DNA from: Clostridiales bacterium
GTDB lineage: Bacteria; Bacillota; Clostridia; Peptostreptococcales; NVVX01
Length of the DNA: 31,570 bases
Direction: 5' to 3'
Assembly: GCA_021129785.1 (NCBI GenBank)
Contig: JAJOKQ010000136.1
Location: forward strand, 4,132 to 35,701
A model generated the notes under the pieces. The model saw only the letters and a list, made by a program, of their open reading frames with translations. It was not told the DNA's origin and did not search any database. This document shows positions 1-9,601 of this stretch, piece after piece. Position numbers and translations under genes: made by a program. Numbering within the stretch: position 1 is the first letter of the stretch; the number at the start of each line of letters is the position of its first letter.

Positions 1-88
1 AATGCTTACCTTTTTCAATAAAAAAAGATATAATAGAGTAAAAAAAGTGATATTGGACTGTAGATAGTTTTTATTGGAGGAAGAGTCA

Positions 89-766
89 ATGAAAAAAGCG
101 GTTAAAAAATCAATTGATAAAAAAGAAGTTTTAACAAAGGCAAAAAGATTAAAAGTGCTAGAAGAATTAGAAAAACTTTACCCCGACGCAGAGTGCGAGC
201 TAGATTTTAGAACGCCGTTTGAACTTCTTATAGCGGTAATACTATCTGCGCAATGTACAGACAAAAGAGTAAATATAATTACTGGAGAGTTGTTTAAAAA
301 TTACAATACAGCAGAAAAAATGTTGAAGCTAAGTATAGAACAACTAGGTCTGCTTATTAGAAGTTGCGGTTTTTATAGAGTTAAAAGCCAGAACATTCTA
401 AAGACCTGTGAGATTATTATTAATCAACACGATGACAAAGTACCTAATACAATGGAGCAGCTAGTAAATCTGCCAGGTGTAGGGAGAAAAACAGCTAATG
501 TTATTTTAAGTAATATTTATGGGCAAGAAGCAATTGCAGTCGATACGCATGTGTTTAGAGTATCAAATAGAATAGGGTTAGCAAATTCAAAAAATGTATT
601 AGATACAGAAAAGCAATTAATGAAAAATATTCCGAAGAATATGTGGTCGAAATCACACCATTTGCTTATATTTCATGGACGTAGAGTTTGTGATGCGAGA
701 AAACCAAAATGCAGTATGTGTACGTTAAATGATTTATGTTTGTACTATGAAAAAATTATTGTTTAG
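89..766 (+). CDS. nth: Endonuclease III (DNA glycosylase/AP lyase)
   Basis: HhH motif LVNLPGVGRKTANVIL, AVDTHVFRV, and C-terminal 4Fe-4S motif C-x6-C-x2-C-x5-C (CDARKPKCSMCTLNDLC). Start placed at ATG 89, behind GGAGG at 76-80. Confidence 0.95.
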   Translation: MKKAVKKSIDKKEVLTKAKRLKVLEELEKLYPDAECELDFRTPFELLIAVILSAQCTDKRVNIITGELFKNYNTAEKMLKLSIEQLGLLIRSCGFYRVKSQNILKTCEIIINQHDDKVPNTMEQLVNLPGVGRKTANVILSNIYGQEAIAVDTHVFRVSNRIGLANSKNVLDTEKQLMKNIPKNMWSKSHHLLIFHGRRVCDARKPKCSMCTLNDLCLYYEKIIV

Positions 767-863
767 TTTAAAGAATCAGCAGGAAATAGCATTTTTAAAG
801 AGAAGTAGTTATGAATAGAATATGAAGCAAAAAGAACTAGGCAGAAATGAAAGGATGTACTAT

Positions 864-2870
864 ATGGACAGAGATAAAAGAAATAATGAACTGTTAACTT
901 TTGCACTAGATATTGGGACAAGATCTGTAGTAGGAATATTAGGTTCATTAGACAAAGATATTATTAGAATTCACTATAGTGATATGCAATTTCAAACTAA
1001 AAGAGCAATGTATGACGGACAGATTCATGATATTGAAGGTGTAGTTGAAGTTGTAAAAGAAGTTAAAAAATCTTTAGAAGACAAAGCTGGTGTCAAACTT
1101 AAAAAAGTAGCAATTGCAGCAGCAGGAAGAGCATTAAAAACGAGTAGGTTAACAATAGAAAGAGAATTAGATGAGAGTGAAGCAATTGACAAACATTTTG
1201 TAAGAAGCATTGAAATTGAGGGTCTCCAAGAAGCACAGATGAAATTAGAAAAAAATTCTCTAGATGCATCTCAGTACTTTTGCGTTGGTCATACTGTAGT
1301 TAACTACTACTTAAACGATATACTGATAAAAAACCCGACTGGGCATAAATCTAAAAAAATTAGTGTAGATATTTTAGCTACATTCCTGCCATATGCAGTT
1401 GTAGATAGTCTTTATTCAGTGATGAAAAAAGTAGGCTTAGAAGTAAGTTTTATGACGTTAGAGCCAATTGCTGCAATTAGTGTTGCAGTTCCTCAAAACG
1501 TAAGGCTACTAAATATTGCATTAGTGGATATTGGAGCAGGCACCTCTGATATTGCAATTACAAGAGATGGATCGGTTATAGCATATGATATGGCATCTAC
1601 AGCAGGGGACGAGATTACAGAAGCAATAGTACAAAATTTCTTGGTAGACTTTGATAGCGCTGAAATAGTGAAATGTAGTTTGCATAAAACTGAAACGCAA
1701 TCTTTTCAAGATGTTATAGGTATGGAACATAAGTATGAAAGTGAAGATATACTAGAAAAAATACAACCTGCAATAGAGTTAGTTGTAAAAGATATAGCTG
1801 ATAGAATTATCGTGCAAAATGGTAGAGCGCCCAGTGCTATTTTTCTTATTGGGGGAGGAAGTCAAATACCAAGGCTGCCTGAACTCTTAGCAAAAAAACT
1901 AGGTATGCCAACAGAACGAGTAGCTGTTAGAGGAATAGAAACTATAAAGGGGTTGGACCATGAAGAACTTGTAGTAGCTGGACCGGAGGGGATTACACCA
2001 GTTGGTATTTTAGCTAAGACACTAGAGTATCATGATATTGACTTTATTGAAATAACAGTTAATGGTAGAGGGATTAAATTGTTTCAATCAAGACAGCTTA
2101 AGGTAAGTGATGCTCTAGTGCTAGCAGAATTTAACCCGAGAGACTTAATTCAAAAAAAAGGTACAACCTTAAACCTTATTATAAATGGCAAAAAGACAAT
2201 GTACTTCGGTGAGTACGGTGAAGCAGCGAAAATATATGTAGGAAACAAAGAAGCACACTTAGATACCACAATAGCAGATGGAGATGTCATTAAAATCGAC
2301 CCAGCAAAAGCAGGGCAAGATGCGGTCCGCTGCTTAAATGATATCATAGATTTCGCAAGTGGTTTTTATTTGAACGGAAGATGGGTTAATCGAGTACAAA
2401 ACGTTACTGTTAATGGAAGACGAGAAAGCACAGGGAGGAATTTAGACAATAACGACGAGGTAGTTTTTAACGAAATTAGTACAGTGTCTGACTTATGCAA
2501 TTTCATGAAAATTGACTATGATAAGTATACTATTTTGATGGGAAACAAAAAAGTTAGTAAAAACACTAAGATTACGGACAATGTTTACATTTCGGTAGAA
2601 AGAAAAGCCTTAATTGACAAGAGTAAATATGATGAAAAAAATGCAAAAACCGAAGAAGATGAAGACTGTATTTATGTTATGTATAATGGAGCGCCTTTAA
2701 AAATAGTGAAAAATAAAGAGCAATTAATCTTCGTAGATATTTTTGATAGCATTGATTTTGATAGAAGTAAAGTTAAGGGCAAACTTGTACTAACCCACAA
2801 TGGACAGCCTGCCAACTACACTAGTCCATTAAATGATAACGATGTTATCGTTATTAAATGGGAAAAATAG
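864..2870 (+). CDS. FtsA/actin-fold ATPase with a C-terminal extension of repeated ThiS/ubiquitin-like (beta-grasp) modules
   Basis: Actin-fold motifs ALDIGTRS, LEPIAA, VDIGAGTSD and LIGGGSQ. The ~275-aa tail has repeated (I/V)xVNG and LxDGDxIxI-like segments. Start placed at ATG 864 behind GAAAGGA. Confidence 0.8.
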   Translation: MDRDKRNNELLTFALDIGTRSVVGILGSLDKDIIRIHYSDMQFQTKRAMYDGQIHDIEGVVEVVKEVKKSLEDKAGVKLKKVAIAAAGRALKTSRLTIERELDESEAIDKHFVRSIEIEGLQEAQMKLEKNSLDASQYFCVGHTVVNYYLNDILIKNPTGHKSKKISVDILATFLPYAVVDSLYSVMKKVGLEVSFMTLEPIAAISVAVPQNVRLLNIALVDIGAGTSDIAITRDGSVIAYDMASTAGDEITEAIVQNFLVDFDSAEIVKCSLHKTETQSFQDVIGMEHKYESEDILEKIQPAIELVVKDIADRIIVQNGRAPSAIFLIGGGSQIPRLPELLAKKLGMPTERVAVRGIETIKGLDHEELVVAGPEGITPVGILAKTLEYHDIDFIEITVNGRGIKLFQSRQLKVSDALVLAEFNPRDLIQKKGTTLNLIINGKKTMYFGEYGEAAKIYVGNKEAHLDTTIADGDVIKIDPAKAGQDAVRCLNDIIDFASGFYLNGRWVNRVQNVTVNGRRESTGRNLDNNDEVVFNEISTVSDLCNFMKIDYDKYTILMGNKKVSKNTKITDNVYISVERKALIDKSKYDEKNAKTEEDEDCIYVMYNGAPLKIVKNKEQLIFVDIFDSIDFDRSKVKGKLVLTHNGQPANYTSPLNDNDVIVIKWEK

Positions 2871-2957
2871 TATTATAGAGTTTGCTGAAGAAGTGGAGTA
2901 AGCCAGATTTTTTAAGTAATGCTAAATTGTAAGTGCAAAATGAATAATACGTAAAAT

Positions 2958-2982
2958 AAGAACTTATTGGAGGTTCTTTTTT
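2958..2982 (+). terminator. Intrinsic terminator after the FtsA-like gene
   Basis: Stem AAGAACTT/AGGTTCTT (one G-U pair) followed by a T run. Confidence 0.65.
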
Positions 2983-3002
2983 GCTTGAAAAGATAGAAGA
3001 AA

Positions 3003-3158
3003 AAAATTGGCAAAGTCAAATAACTCTAGCTTAAGATGGTCTAGTGAATGGAACACATTCGGGTAAACAAACTCTGTTTTAACAGTTTTAAAAGTTGCTT
3101 CTGCTTCTGCTACTGCATTATCATAAGGGAAACCCTTTTTACTTAGAGATCTGTCAAT
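3003..3158 (-). pseudogene. IS3-family transposase (integrase core) fragment
   Basis: The reverse strand reads IDRSLSKKGFPYDNAVAEAEATFKTVKTEFVYPNVFHSLDHLKLELFDFANF. This matches the IS3 signature SxKGxPYDNAxxE-x6-K-xE around the third DDE residue. No start codon or terminal inverted repeats seen. Confidence 0.85.
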
Positions 3159-3237
3159 TGGTTGAAAATCAACTAGATACGACGAATTATTTTTATATTC
3201 ACAAGAGAATAAAGATAAAAAAATACCATGAAGTATG

Positions 3238-3266
3238 TTGAGTTCTAGTGCGAAATAATGTAATAT
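3238..3266 (+). promoter_or_regulatory. Putative sigma-A promoter for the transporter-dnaE unit
   Basis: TTGAGT (3238-3243), 17-bp spacer, TAATAT (3261-3266). Confidence 0.4.
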
Positions 3267-3301
3267 GAGTGTATACTTATGTATATAAGAGAGGGTACGC
3301 T

Positions 3302-4711
3302 ATGGAAAAAAGAATCGCTTTGAACACAACTTTAATGGTTATTGCAATTACTTTGTTTGGAATTTTAGGAAGTTTGTTTCTGTTTAATACAGCTATTTTC
3401 GGTCTGATTTTAGGAATTATTGCTCTATTAGTAGTAGGACGATCAAATGGATATAATTGGGACGAGCTATCAACGATGATAAAAAACGGTATTAAAAAGG
3501 CATATATCGTACTGATCATTATGTCATTAGTAGGTATGTTGTCTGCGATATGGATGAAATCTGGCACTATTCCTTCACTGATGTTGTTTGGATTTGAGTA
3601 TTTATTAGGCATGAATTTTCTGCTTGCATCATTTTTAATTATGGGTCTTATATCTATGTTACTAGGCACAGCGATAGGTACAATCAGTACTATTGGAATA
3701 CCATTATTTGAAATTGGTTCGGTGATAGGAATACCGCCTCCTGTTATTGCAGGTGCAATCATATCAGGGGGCTACATTGGTGATAGAACTTCGCCTCTTT
3801 CTAGTGTGGCAAATTTAATTGCAATTATAACTGAAACAAAACTAATACCAATGTTAAAGCATTTTGTGAAAACACTTTTTCCCGTGTTTATAATTTGTTT
3901 TATTGCTTATTTTTTAATAGGAAGACCATACGTCATTCAAGGTGATAGTTTAAATCAAATAAATACTATTAAAGACATGCTACATTCGCATTTTCAGTTA
4001 GGTTGGTATTCATTAGCACCTGCTTTTATACTTATTGTACTGGCAATATCTAAAGTTCATATAATGTATTGCATGTCTGTTGCACTTATTTCAAGTATAC
4101 TTATTTCGGTGTTAACGCAAGAGATTAGATTTATGGAGTTAACAAATATTCTGATACACGGATATCATCCTGCGGAAGCTGAAGTTGCTAAGCTAGTATC
4201 AGGCGGGGGGATGCTGTCAATGACGAATGTGATTTTTACAATAACTGCTTCAACTGCATTAAATGGGCTGTTTGAATCGATGAGATTACTTGAGCCTTTG
4301 TTAGAGAAATTTTTCAGTGGAACAAAACGAACGGGTGATTTGATTCTTAAAACAGTTGGATTAAGTGCAGGGATTTCGGTAACAACTTGCAGTCAAAGCC
4401 TAGCAATTATTATTCCTGGAAGAGCGCTTAGAAAAAGGTATATAGATAAGGGGTTGTGTTCCAATGAATTAGCAAGGACAATCGCTGATTCTGGGATAGC
4501 TGTTTCTCCACTTATACCATGGAATATTAACGCTGTTGCAATTACTTCAATGCTTGGAGTAGGTGCATTGCAGTATTCGATGTATGCTTTTTTGTGTTTT
4601 CTGCTTCCGATAGCTTCAATATCTTTCGGGTACTTTGGGAAAAACAAGAAATCATCTAGAATTGAACAAGTTGATATAAGGCGGGAAAATGAAAAAGAGG
4701 TGCTGCGATGA
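3302..4711 (+). CDS. Na+/H+ antiporter NhaC-family (IT superfamily) membrane transporter
   Basis: Many hydrophobic helices, with family motifs WMKSGTIPSL, LGTAIGTISTIG, GAIISGGYIGDRTSPLS, LARTIADSG and PLIPWN. Start placed at ATG 3302 behind AGAGGG. Confidence 0.85.
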   Translation: MEKRIALNTTLMVIAITLFGILGSLFLFNTAIFGLILGIIALLVVGRSNGYNWDELSTMIKNGIKKAYIVLIIMSLVGMLSAIWMKSGTIPSLMLFGFEYLLGMNFLLASFLIMGLISMLLGTAIGTISTIGIPLFEIGSVIGIPPPVIAGAIISGGYIGDRTSPLSSVANLIAIITETKLIPMLKHFVKTLFPVFIICFIAYFLIGRPYVIQGDSLNQINTIKDMLHSHFQLGWYSLAPAFILIVLAISKVHIMYCMSVALISSILISVLTQEIRFMELTNILIHGYHPAEAEVAKLVSGGGMLSMTNVIFTITASTALNGLFESMRLLEPLLEKFFSGTKRTGDLILKTVGLSAGISVTTCSQSLAIIIPGRALRKRYIDKGLCSNELARTIADSGIAVSPLIPWNINAVAITSMLGVGALQYSMYAFLCFLLPIASISFGYFGKNKKSSRIEQVDIRRENEKEVLR

Positions 4712-7700
4712 GTTCCTTTGTACATCTACATACACATACAGAATATAGCCTACTAGATGGGTTTACAAGAATAAACAAAGTTATGGATAAAGCAATTGAG
4801 CTAGGAATGGATGCAGTTGCAATAACAGATCATGGCTCCATGTTTGGAGTTGTAGATTTCTATAAAGCTGCTAAGAAAAATGGCTTAAAGCCAATAATTG
4901 GATGCGAAGTATATACTGCGCCACGATCGATGCATGATAAAATATCAAATATCGACAATCAACTAGGGCACTTAGTGTTACTTGCAAAAAATAATGTAGG
5001 ATATCAAAATCTAATTAAAATGGTATCTAAAAGCTATATTGAAGGATTCTATTATAAGCCAAGGATAGACTACAAATTATTAGAAAAACACTCAGAAGGG
5101 TTAATAGCTCTTAGTGCATGTTTAGCTGGAGATATTCAAAAATTGATACTACAAGGCCAATATTTAAAAGCAAAAGACCTTGCTCTATATATAAACCAAG
5201 TCATGGGGCAGGATAATTTCTACTTAGAGCTGCAAGATCACGGAATAGAGGAACAAGATCAAGTAAATAAAGAACTAATTAAAATAAGTAAAGAAACAGG
5301 TATTCCGCTAGTAGCTACTAATGATTGCCACTACATTGAAGCAGATGATGCAAAAGTACATGATGTGCTTTTATGTATACAAACAGGCAAGGTATTAGAA
5401 GATAGAGAAAGAATGAAATTTACAGGAGACCAATTTTATTTTAAGTCGCCAAAAGAAATGGCGGAGCTCTTTTCGTATGTGCCAGAGGCTATAGAAAACA
5501 CGGTGAAAATAGCAGAAAGATGCAATGTGAATTTCGAGTTTGATGTAATGCATCTGCCAGAATATGATATACCTGCTGGCTACTCAAAGGATGAATACTT
5601 AAGGAATATTTGTTTGAAAGGTCTTAAAAACAGATATGGTGAACGTTCTAAGGATATGGAAGATAGACTTGAATATGAACTAGGAATAATAGAACAAATG
5701 GATTACACAGAGTATTTTCTTATTGTGTGGGATTTTATCAGATACGCAAAAGAAAATGATATTGCTGTTGGTCCTGGGCGGGGGAGTGCGGCAGGAAGTA
5801 TAGTTGCATATACACTTGATATTACTGATGTGGACCCTATCAAATATAATTTAATATTTGAAAGGTTTCTAAATCCCGAGAGAATATCCATGCCAGATAT
5901 TGATATAGACTTTTGCTATGAAAGACGAGAAGAAGTTATTAATTATGTGAAAAATAAATATGGAAAGGATAAAGTCGCACAAATTATCACATTTGGAACT
6001 ATGGGCGCAAGAGGATCAATAAGAGATGTAGGGCGAGTTCTTAATATGCCATACAACTATGTTGATAAAATAGCGAAAATGATTCCTTTTGAGCTTGGAA
6101 TAACAATAGATAAAGCGTTAAAGATAAATCCACAGCTAAAAAGATTAGCTAAAGAAGATATAGATGTTGCGGATTTGATAAAAATTGCTAAAGAACTTGA
6201 AGGTATGCCAAGGCATGCATCTACTCATGCTGCAGGTGTAGTGATAGCAAAAAAAACATTAGATAGCTACGTTCCTTTATATATACATGATGAAAATGTG
6301 GTGACCCAGTTTGCCATGGGAACTTTAGAGGACTTGGGTCTTCTTAAAATGGATTTTTTAGGATTAAGGACATTGACAGTAATTAAAAATGCACTTGATC
6401 TTATTAAACTAAGTAGAGGGATAAAAATTGATTTTTCTATAGAAACCTATGAAGATAAGAAAGTGTACGAAACAATAAGTAGAGGAGATACATTAGGTCT
6501 TTTTCAGTTAGAGAGTAAAGGGATGGTGCGCTTTATGAAAGAATTAAAGCCAAGCTGTTTTGAAGATATTGTCGCAGGGATATCACTCTATAGACCAGGA
6601 CCAATGGATTCAATTCCTAAGTACATTGAAAATAAAAATAAGCCTGATATGATTAAATACTCTCATGAAAAATTGAGACCAATACTTGATGTGACATACG
6701 GTTGCTTGGTTTATCAGGAGCAAGTAATGCAAGTTGTAAGAGAATTAGCGGGATATAGTTTTGCAAGAAGTGATTTAGTTAGGCGTGCAATGGGTAAAAA
6801 GAAAATGGATGTAATGGAGAAAGAGAGAGATTATTTTGTTAATGGAAAGCTAGATAAAAATGGAAATATAGAAATAATGGGAAGCATTAGAAACGGAGTA
6901 CCAAAGCTTGCAGCGAATCAAATTTATGATGAAATGATAGATTTTGCAAAGTATGCATTTAATAAATCACACGCGGCTGCCTATGCGGTTTTAGGATACC
7001 AAACAGCTTATTTAAAAACTTACTATAGAGTAGAATTTATGGCAGCAATAATGACAAGCATTATGGGAAATACATCAAAAATAGCACAATATATACAAGA
7101 TTGCAGGAAATTCAATATTGATATTTTGAGTCCTGATATTAACAAAAGCTATGAAAGATTTACAGTAGAAGAAGGAAAAATTAGATTTGGTTTAGCAGCA
7201 CTTAAAAACGTAGGGGTGGGTGCTATTAGAGCTATAATAAAGATTAGAGAAGAAAAAGGAGATTTTCTTTCGTTTTCTGATTTTTGTAATAAAGTGCCTT
7301 CAAAAGACATTGGTAAAAAAGCAGCAGAGAGTTTGATAAAAGCTGGCGCTTTTGATCAACTAGGTGCTCATCGTGCGCAACTTTTGGCAGTTTACGAAAC
7401 CGTACTTGATAGCGTTAGTAAAGATAGAAGAAATAATATTGAAGGACAGATTGGTCTGTTTGATATTGTAGACAAAGACACAACTACTAAAGTAGAAGAA
7501 AAATTCCCTAGAGTAAAAGAGTTTTCAGAAAAAATTAGACTATCCATGGAAAAAGAAGTGTTAGGGCTGTACATTACTGGTCATCCTTTAAAAGAATTTG
7601 AAGATGAGTTGAAAATTTATTCGTCAGTTACAAGTAGTGAATTAGAAGAATTGCAAAATGAGCAAGTGGATAATACCCTAAGAGATGGTTCGCGGGTAAT

Positions 7701-8178
7701 TGTTGCAGGAATTATCACTGAAATTGTAAGAAAGACAACCAAAAACAATAAAGCGATGGCTTTTGTCAAAATAGAGGATTTGTATGGACATATGGAATGC
7801 ATAGTATTTCCAATAACGTTGAGCCAATGCGAGCATTTAATTGAAATAGATAAAATGATTGTGGTAGAAGGGAGACTAAATTTTAAGGAAGAGGAGACTC
7901 CAAAGATTTTAGCCAGCACACTTAAACCACTACTAAAAATGAAAAAAAGCAAACTGAATATTTTATTCAATGATAAAAATGATATGGAAAAGATGGTAGA
8001 CATTAAATCTGTCCTTAAAAAGTATTCGGGTAATACTCCTGTTTTTTTATCTTTAAGATATTTAGAAAATAATAAAGTGCTTAGGGCTAGTCGTGAGTTG
8101 TGGGTAAAAAAAGATGCTCGCTTAATAGAAGAGTTAAGTGATATAGTAGGTGTTGGAAATGTTAAATTATTAGATTGA
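4708..8178 (+). CDS. dnaE: DNA polymerase III alpha subunit (DnaE type)
   Basis: PHP domain FVHLHTHTEYSLLDG and AITDHG, GPGRGSAAGS, catalytic MPDIDID, AFNKSH, and a C-terminal OB fold. 1156 aa. Confidence 0.97.
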   Translation: MSSFVHLHTHTEYSLLDGFTRINKVMDKAIELGMDAVAITDHGSMFGVVDFYKAAKKNGLKPIIGCEVYTAPRSMHDKISNIDNQLGHLVLLAKNNVGYQNLIKMVSKSYIEGFYYKPRIDYKLLEKHSEGLIALSACLAGDIQKLILQGQYLKAKDLALYINQVMGQDNFYLELQDHGIEEQDQVNKELIKISKETGIPLVATNDCHYIEADDAKVHDVLLCIQTGKVLEDRERMKFTGDQFYFKSPKEMAELFSYVPEAIENTVKIAERCNVNFEFDVMHLPEYDIPAGYSKDEYLRNICLKGLKNRYGERSKDMEDRLEYELGIIEQMDYTEYFLIVWDFIRYAKENDIAVGPGRGSAAGSIVAYTLDITDVDPIKYNLIFERFLNPERISMPDIDIDFCYERREEVINYVKNKYGKDKVAQIITFGTMGARGSIRDVGRVLNMPYNYVDKIAKMIPFELGITIDKALKINPQLKRLAKEDIDVADLIKIAKELEGMPRHASTHAAGVVIAKKTLDSYVPLYIHDENVVTQFAMGTLEDLGLLKMDFLGLRTLTVIKNALDLIKLSRGIKIDFSIETYEDKKVYETISRGDTLGLFQLESKGMVRFMKELKPSCFEDIVAGISLYRPGPMDSIPKYIENKNKPDMIKYSHEKLRPILDVTYGCLVYQEQVMQVVRELAGYSFARSDLVRRAMGKKKMDVMEKERDYFVNGKLDKNGNIEIMGSIRNGVPKLAANQIYDEMIDFAKYAFNKSHAAAYAVLGYQTAYLKTYYRVEFMAAIMTSIMGNTSKIAQYIQDCRKFNIDILSPDINKSYERFTVEEGKIRFGLAALKNVGVGAIRAIIKIREEKGDFLSFSDFCNKVPSKDIGKKAAESLIKAGAFDQLGAHRAQLLAVYETVLDSVSKDRRNNIEGQIGLFDIVDKDTTTKVEEKFPRVKEFSEKIRLSMEKEVLGLYITGHPLKEFEDELKIYSSVTSSELEELQNEQVDNTLRDGSRVIVAGIITEIVRKTTKNNKAMAFVKIEDLYGHMECIVFPITLSQCEHLIEIDKMIVVEGRLNFKEEETPKILASTLKPLLKMKKSKLNILFNDKNDMEKMVDIKSVLKKYSGNTPVFLSLRYLENNKVLRASRELWVKKDARLIEELSDIVGVGNVKLLD

Positions 8179-8209
8179 TGAATTTACTTGGTTAAAGAAC
8201 ATAATCTTG

Positions 8210-8218
8210 TGGTATAAT
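8210..8218 (+). promoter_or_regulatory. Extended -10 promoter element
   Basis: TGgTATAAT upstream of the small ORF. Confidence 0.55.
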
Positions 8219-8288
8219 GTGAAAATCTAAGGTTCAGTTATCTGTCACGATTGGTGTGAGTATATATTTTTCTGAGGAGGCTGTTGTT

Positions 8289-8480
8289 ATGTGGGCAGTT
8301 GTATATATGGCAAACAATGAAGAATTATCAAATAGAATTCAAGAATTATTAGAGAGTGAAGGATTACTAGTAAAGGTAAAAGAAGTTAACTTGAAGAACG
8401 AAGAAGGTATACGTGAGATTATGATTTTAAGTTCTGAAGTTGATGCAGCTCATAATATATTGATACAACATGGTTATTAG
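8289..8480 (+). CDS. Small conserved hypothetical protein (63 aa; DUF2007/ferredoxin-like fold suspected)
   Basis: Strong RBS GAGGAGG before ATG 8289 (MWAVVYMANNEE...). It resembles the small protein I recall between dnaE and pfkA in Clostridia. Confidence 0.75.
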   Translation: MWAVVYMANNEELSNRIQELLESEGLLVKVKEVNLKNEEGIREIMILSSEVDAAHNILIQHGY

Positions 8481-8490
8481 CGAATGATTG

Positions 8491-8523
8491 AAAAAACAAT
8501 GGGAGTTAACCCGATTGTTTTTT
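8491..8523 (+). terminator. Intrinsic terminator (possibly bidirectional)
   Basis: AAAAAACAAT-GGG / CCC-g-ATTGTTTTTT inverted repeat. Confidence 0.7.
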
Positions 8524-8532
8524 ATAACTTAC

Positions 8533-8561
8533 GTGGGACATATTTTTAGATGTGGGACAAA
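8533..8561 (+). promoter_or_regulatory. Direct repeat GTGGGACA, candidate operator upstream of pfkA
   Basis: TGGGAC at 8534-8539 and 8553-8558 (19-bp period), resembling the GGGAC half-sites of CggR. Confidence 0.4.
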
Positions 8562-8610
8562 TATAGACCGCGCACGAGCAGGCGAGCACGAATAAACACT
8601 TATAATATGA

Positions 8611-9585
<975 letters not shown>

Positions 9586-9601
9586 ATGAGGAGGAAATAT
9601 T

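Noticed and set aside
2871-3268. Riboswitch (lysine, SAM, c-di-GMP or T-box) upstream of the NhaC-family gene
   Set aside because: No recognisable conserved riboswitch core. The structured-looking part is explained by the IS3 fragment on the minus strand plus a terminator.
8566-8600. Sigma-54 promoter upstream of pfkA (GCACG matches)
   Set aside because: There is no TGGCACG -24 and no TTGC -12 element at the required spacing.
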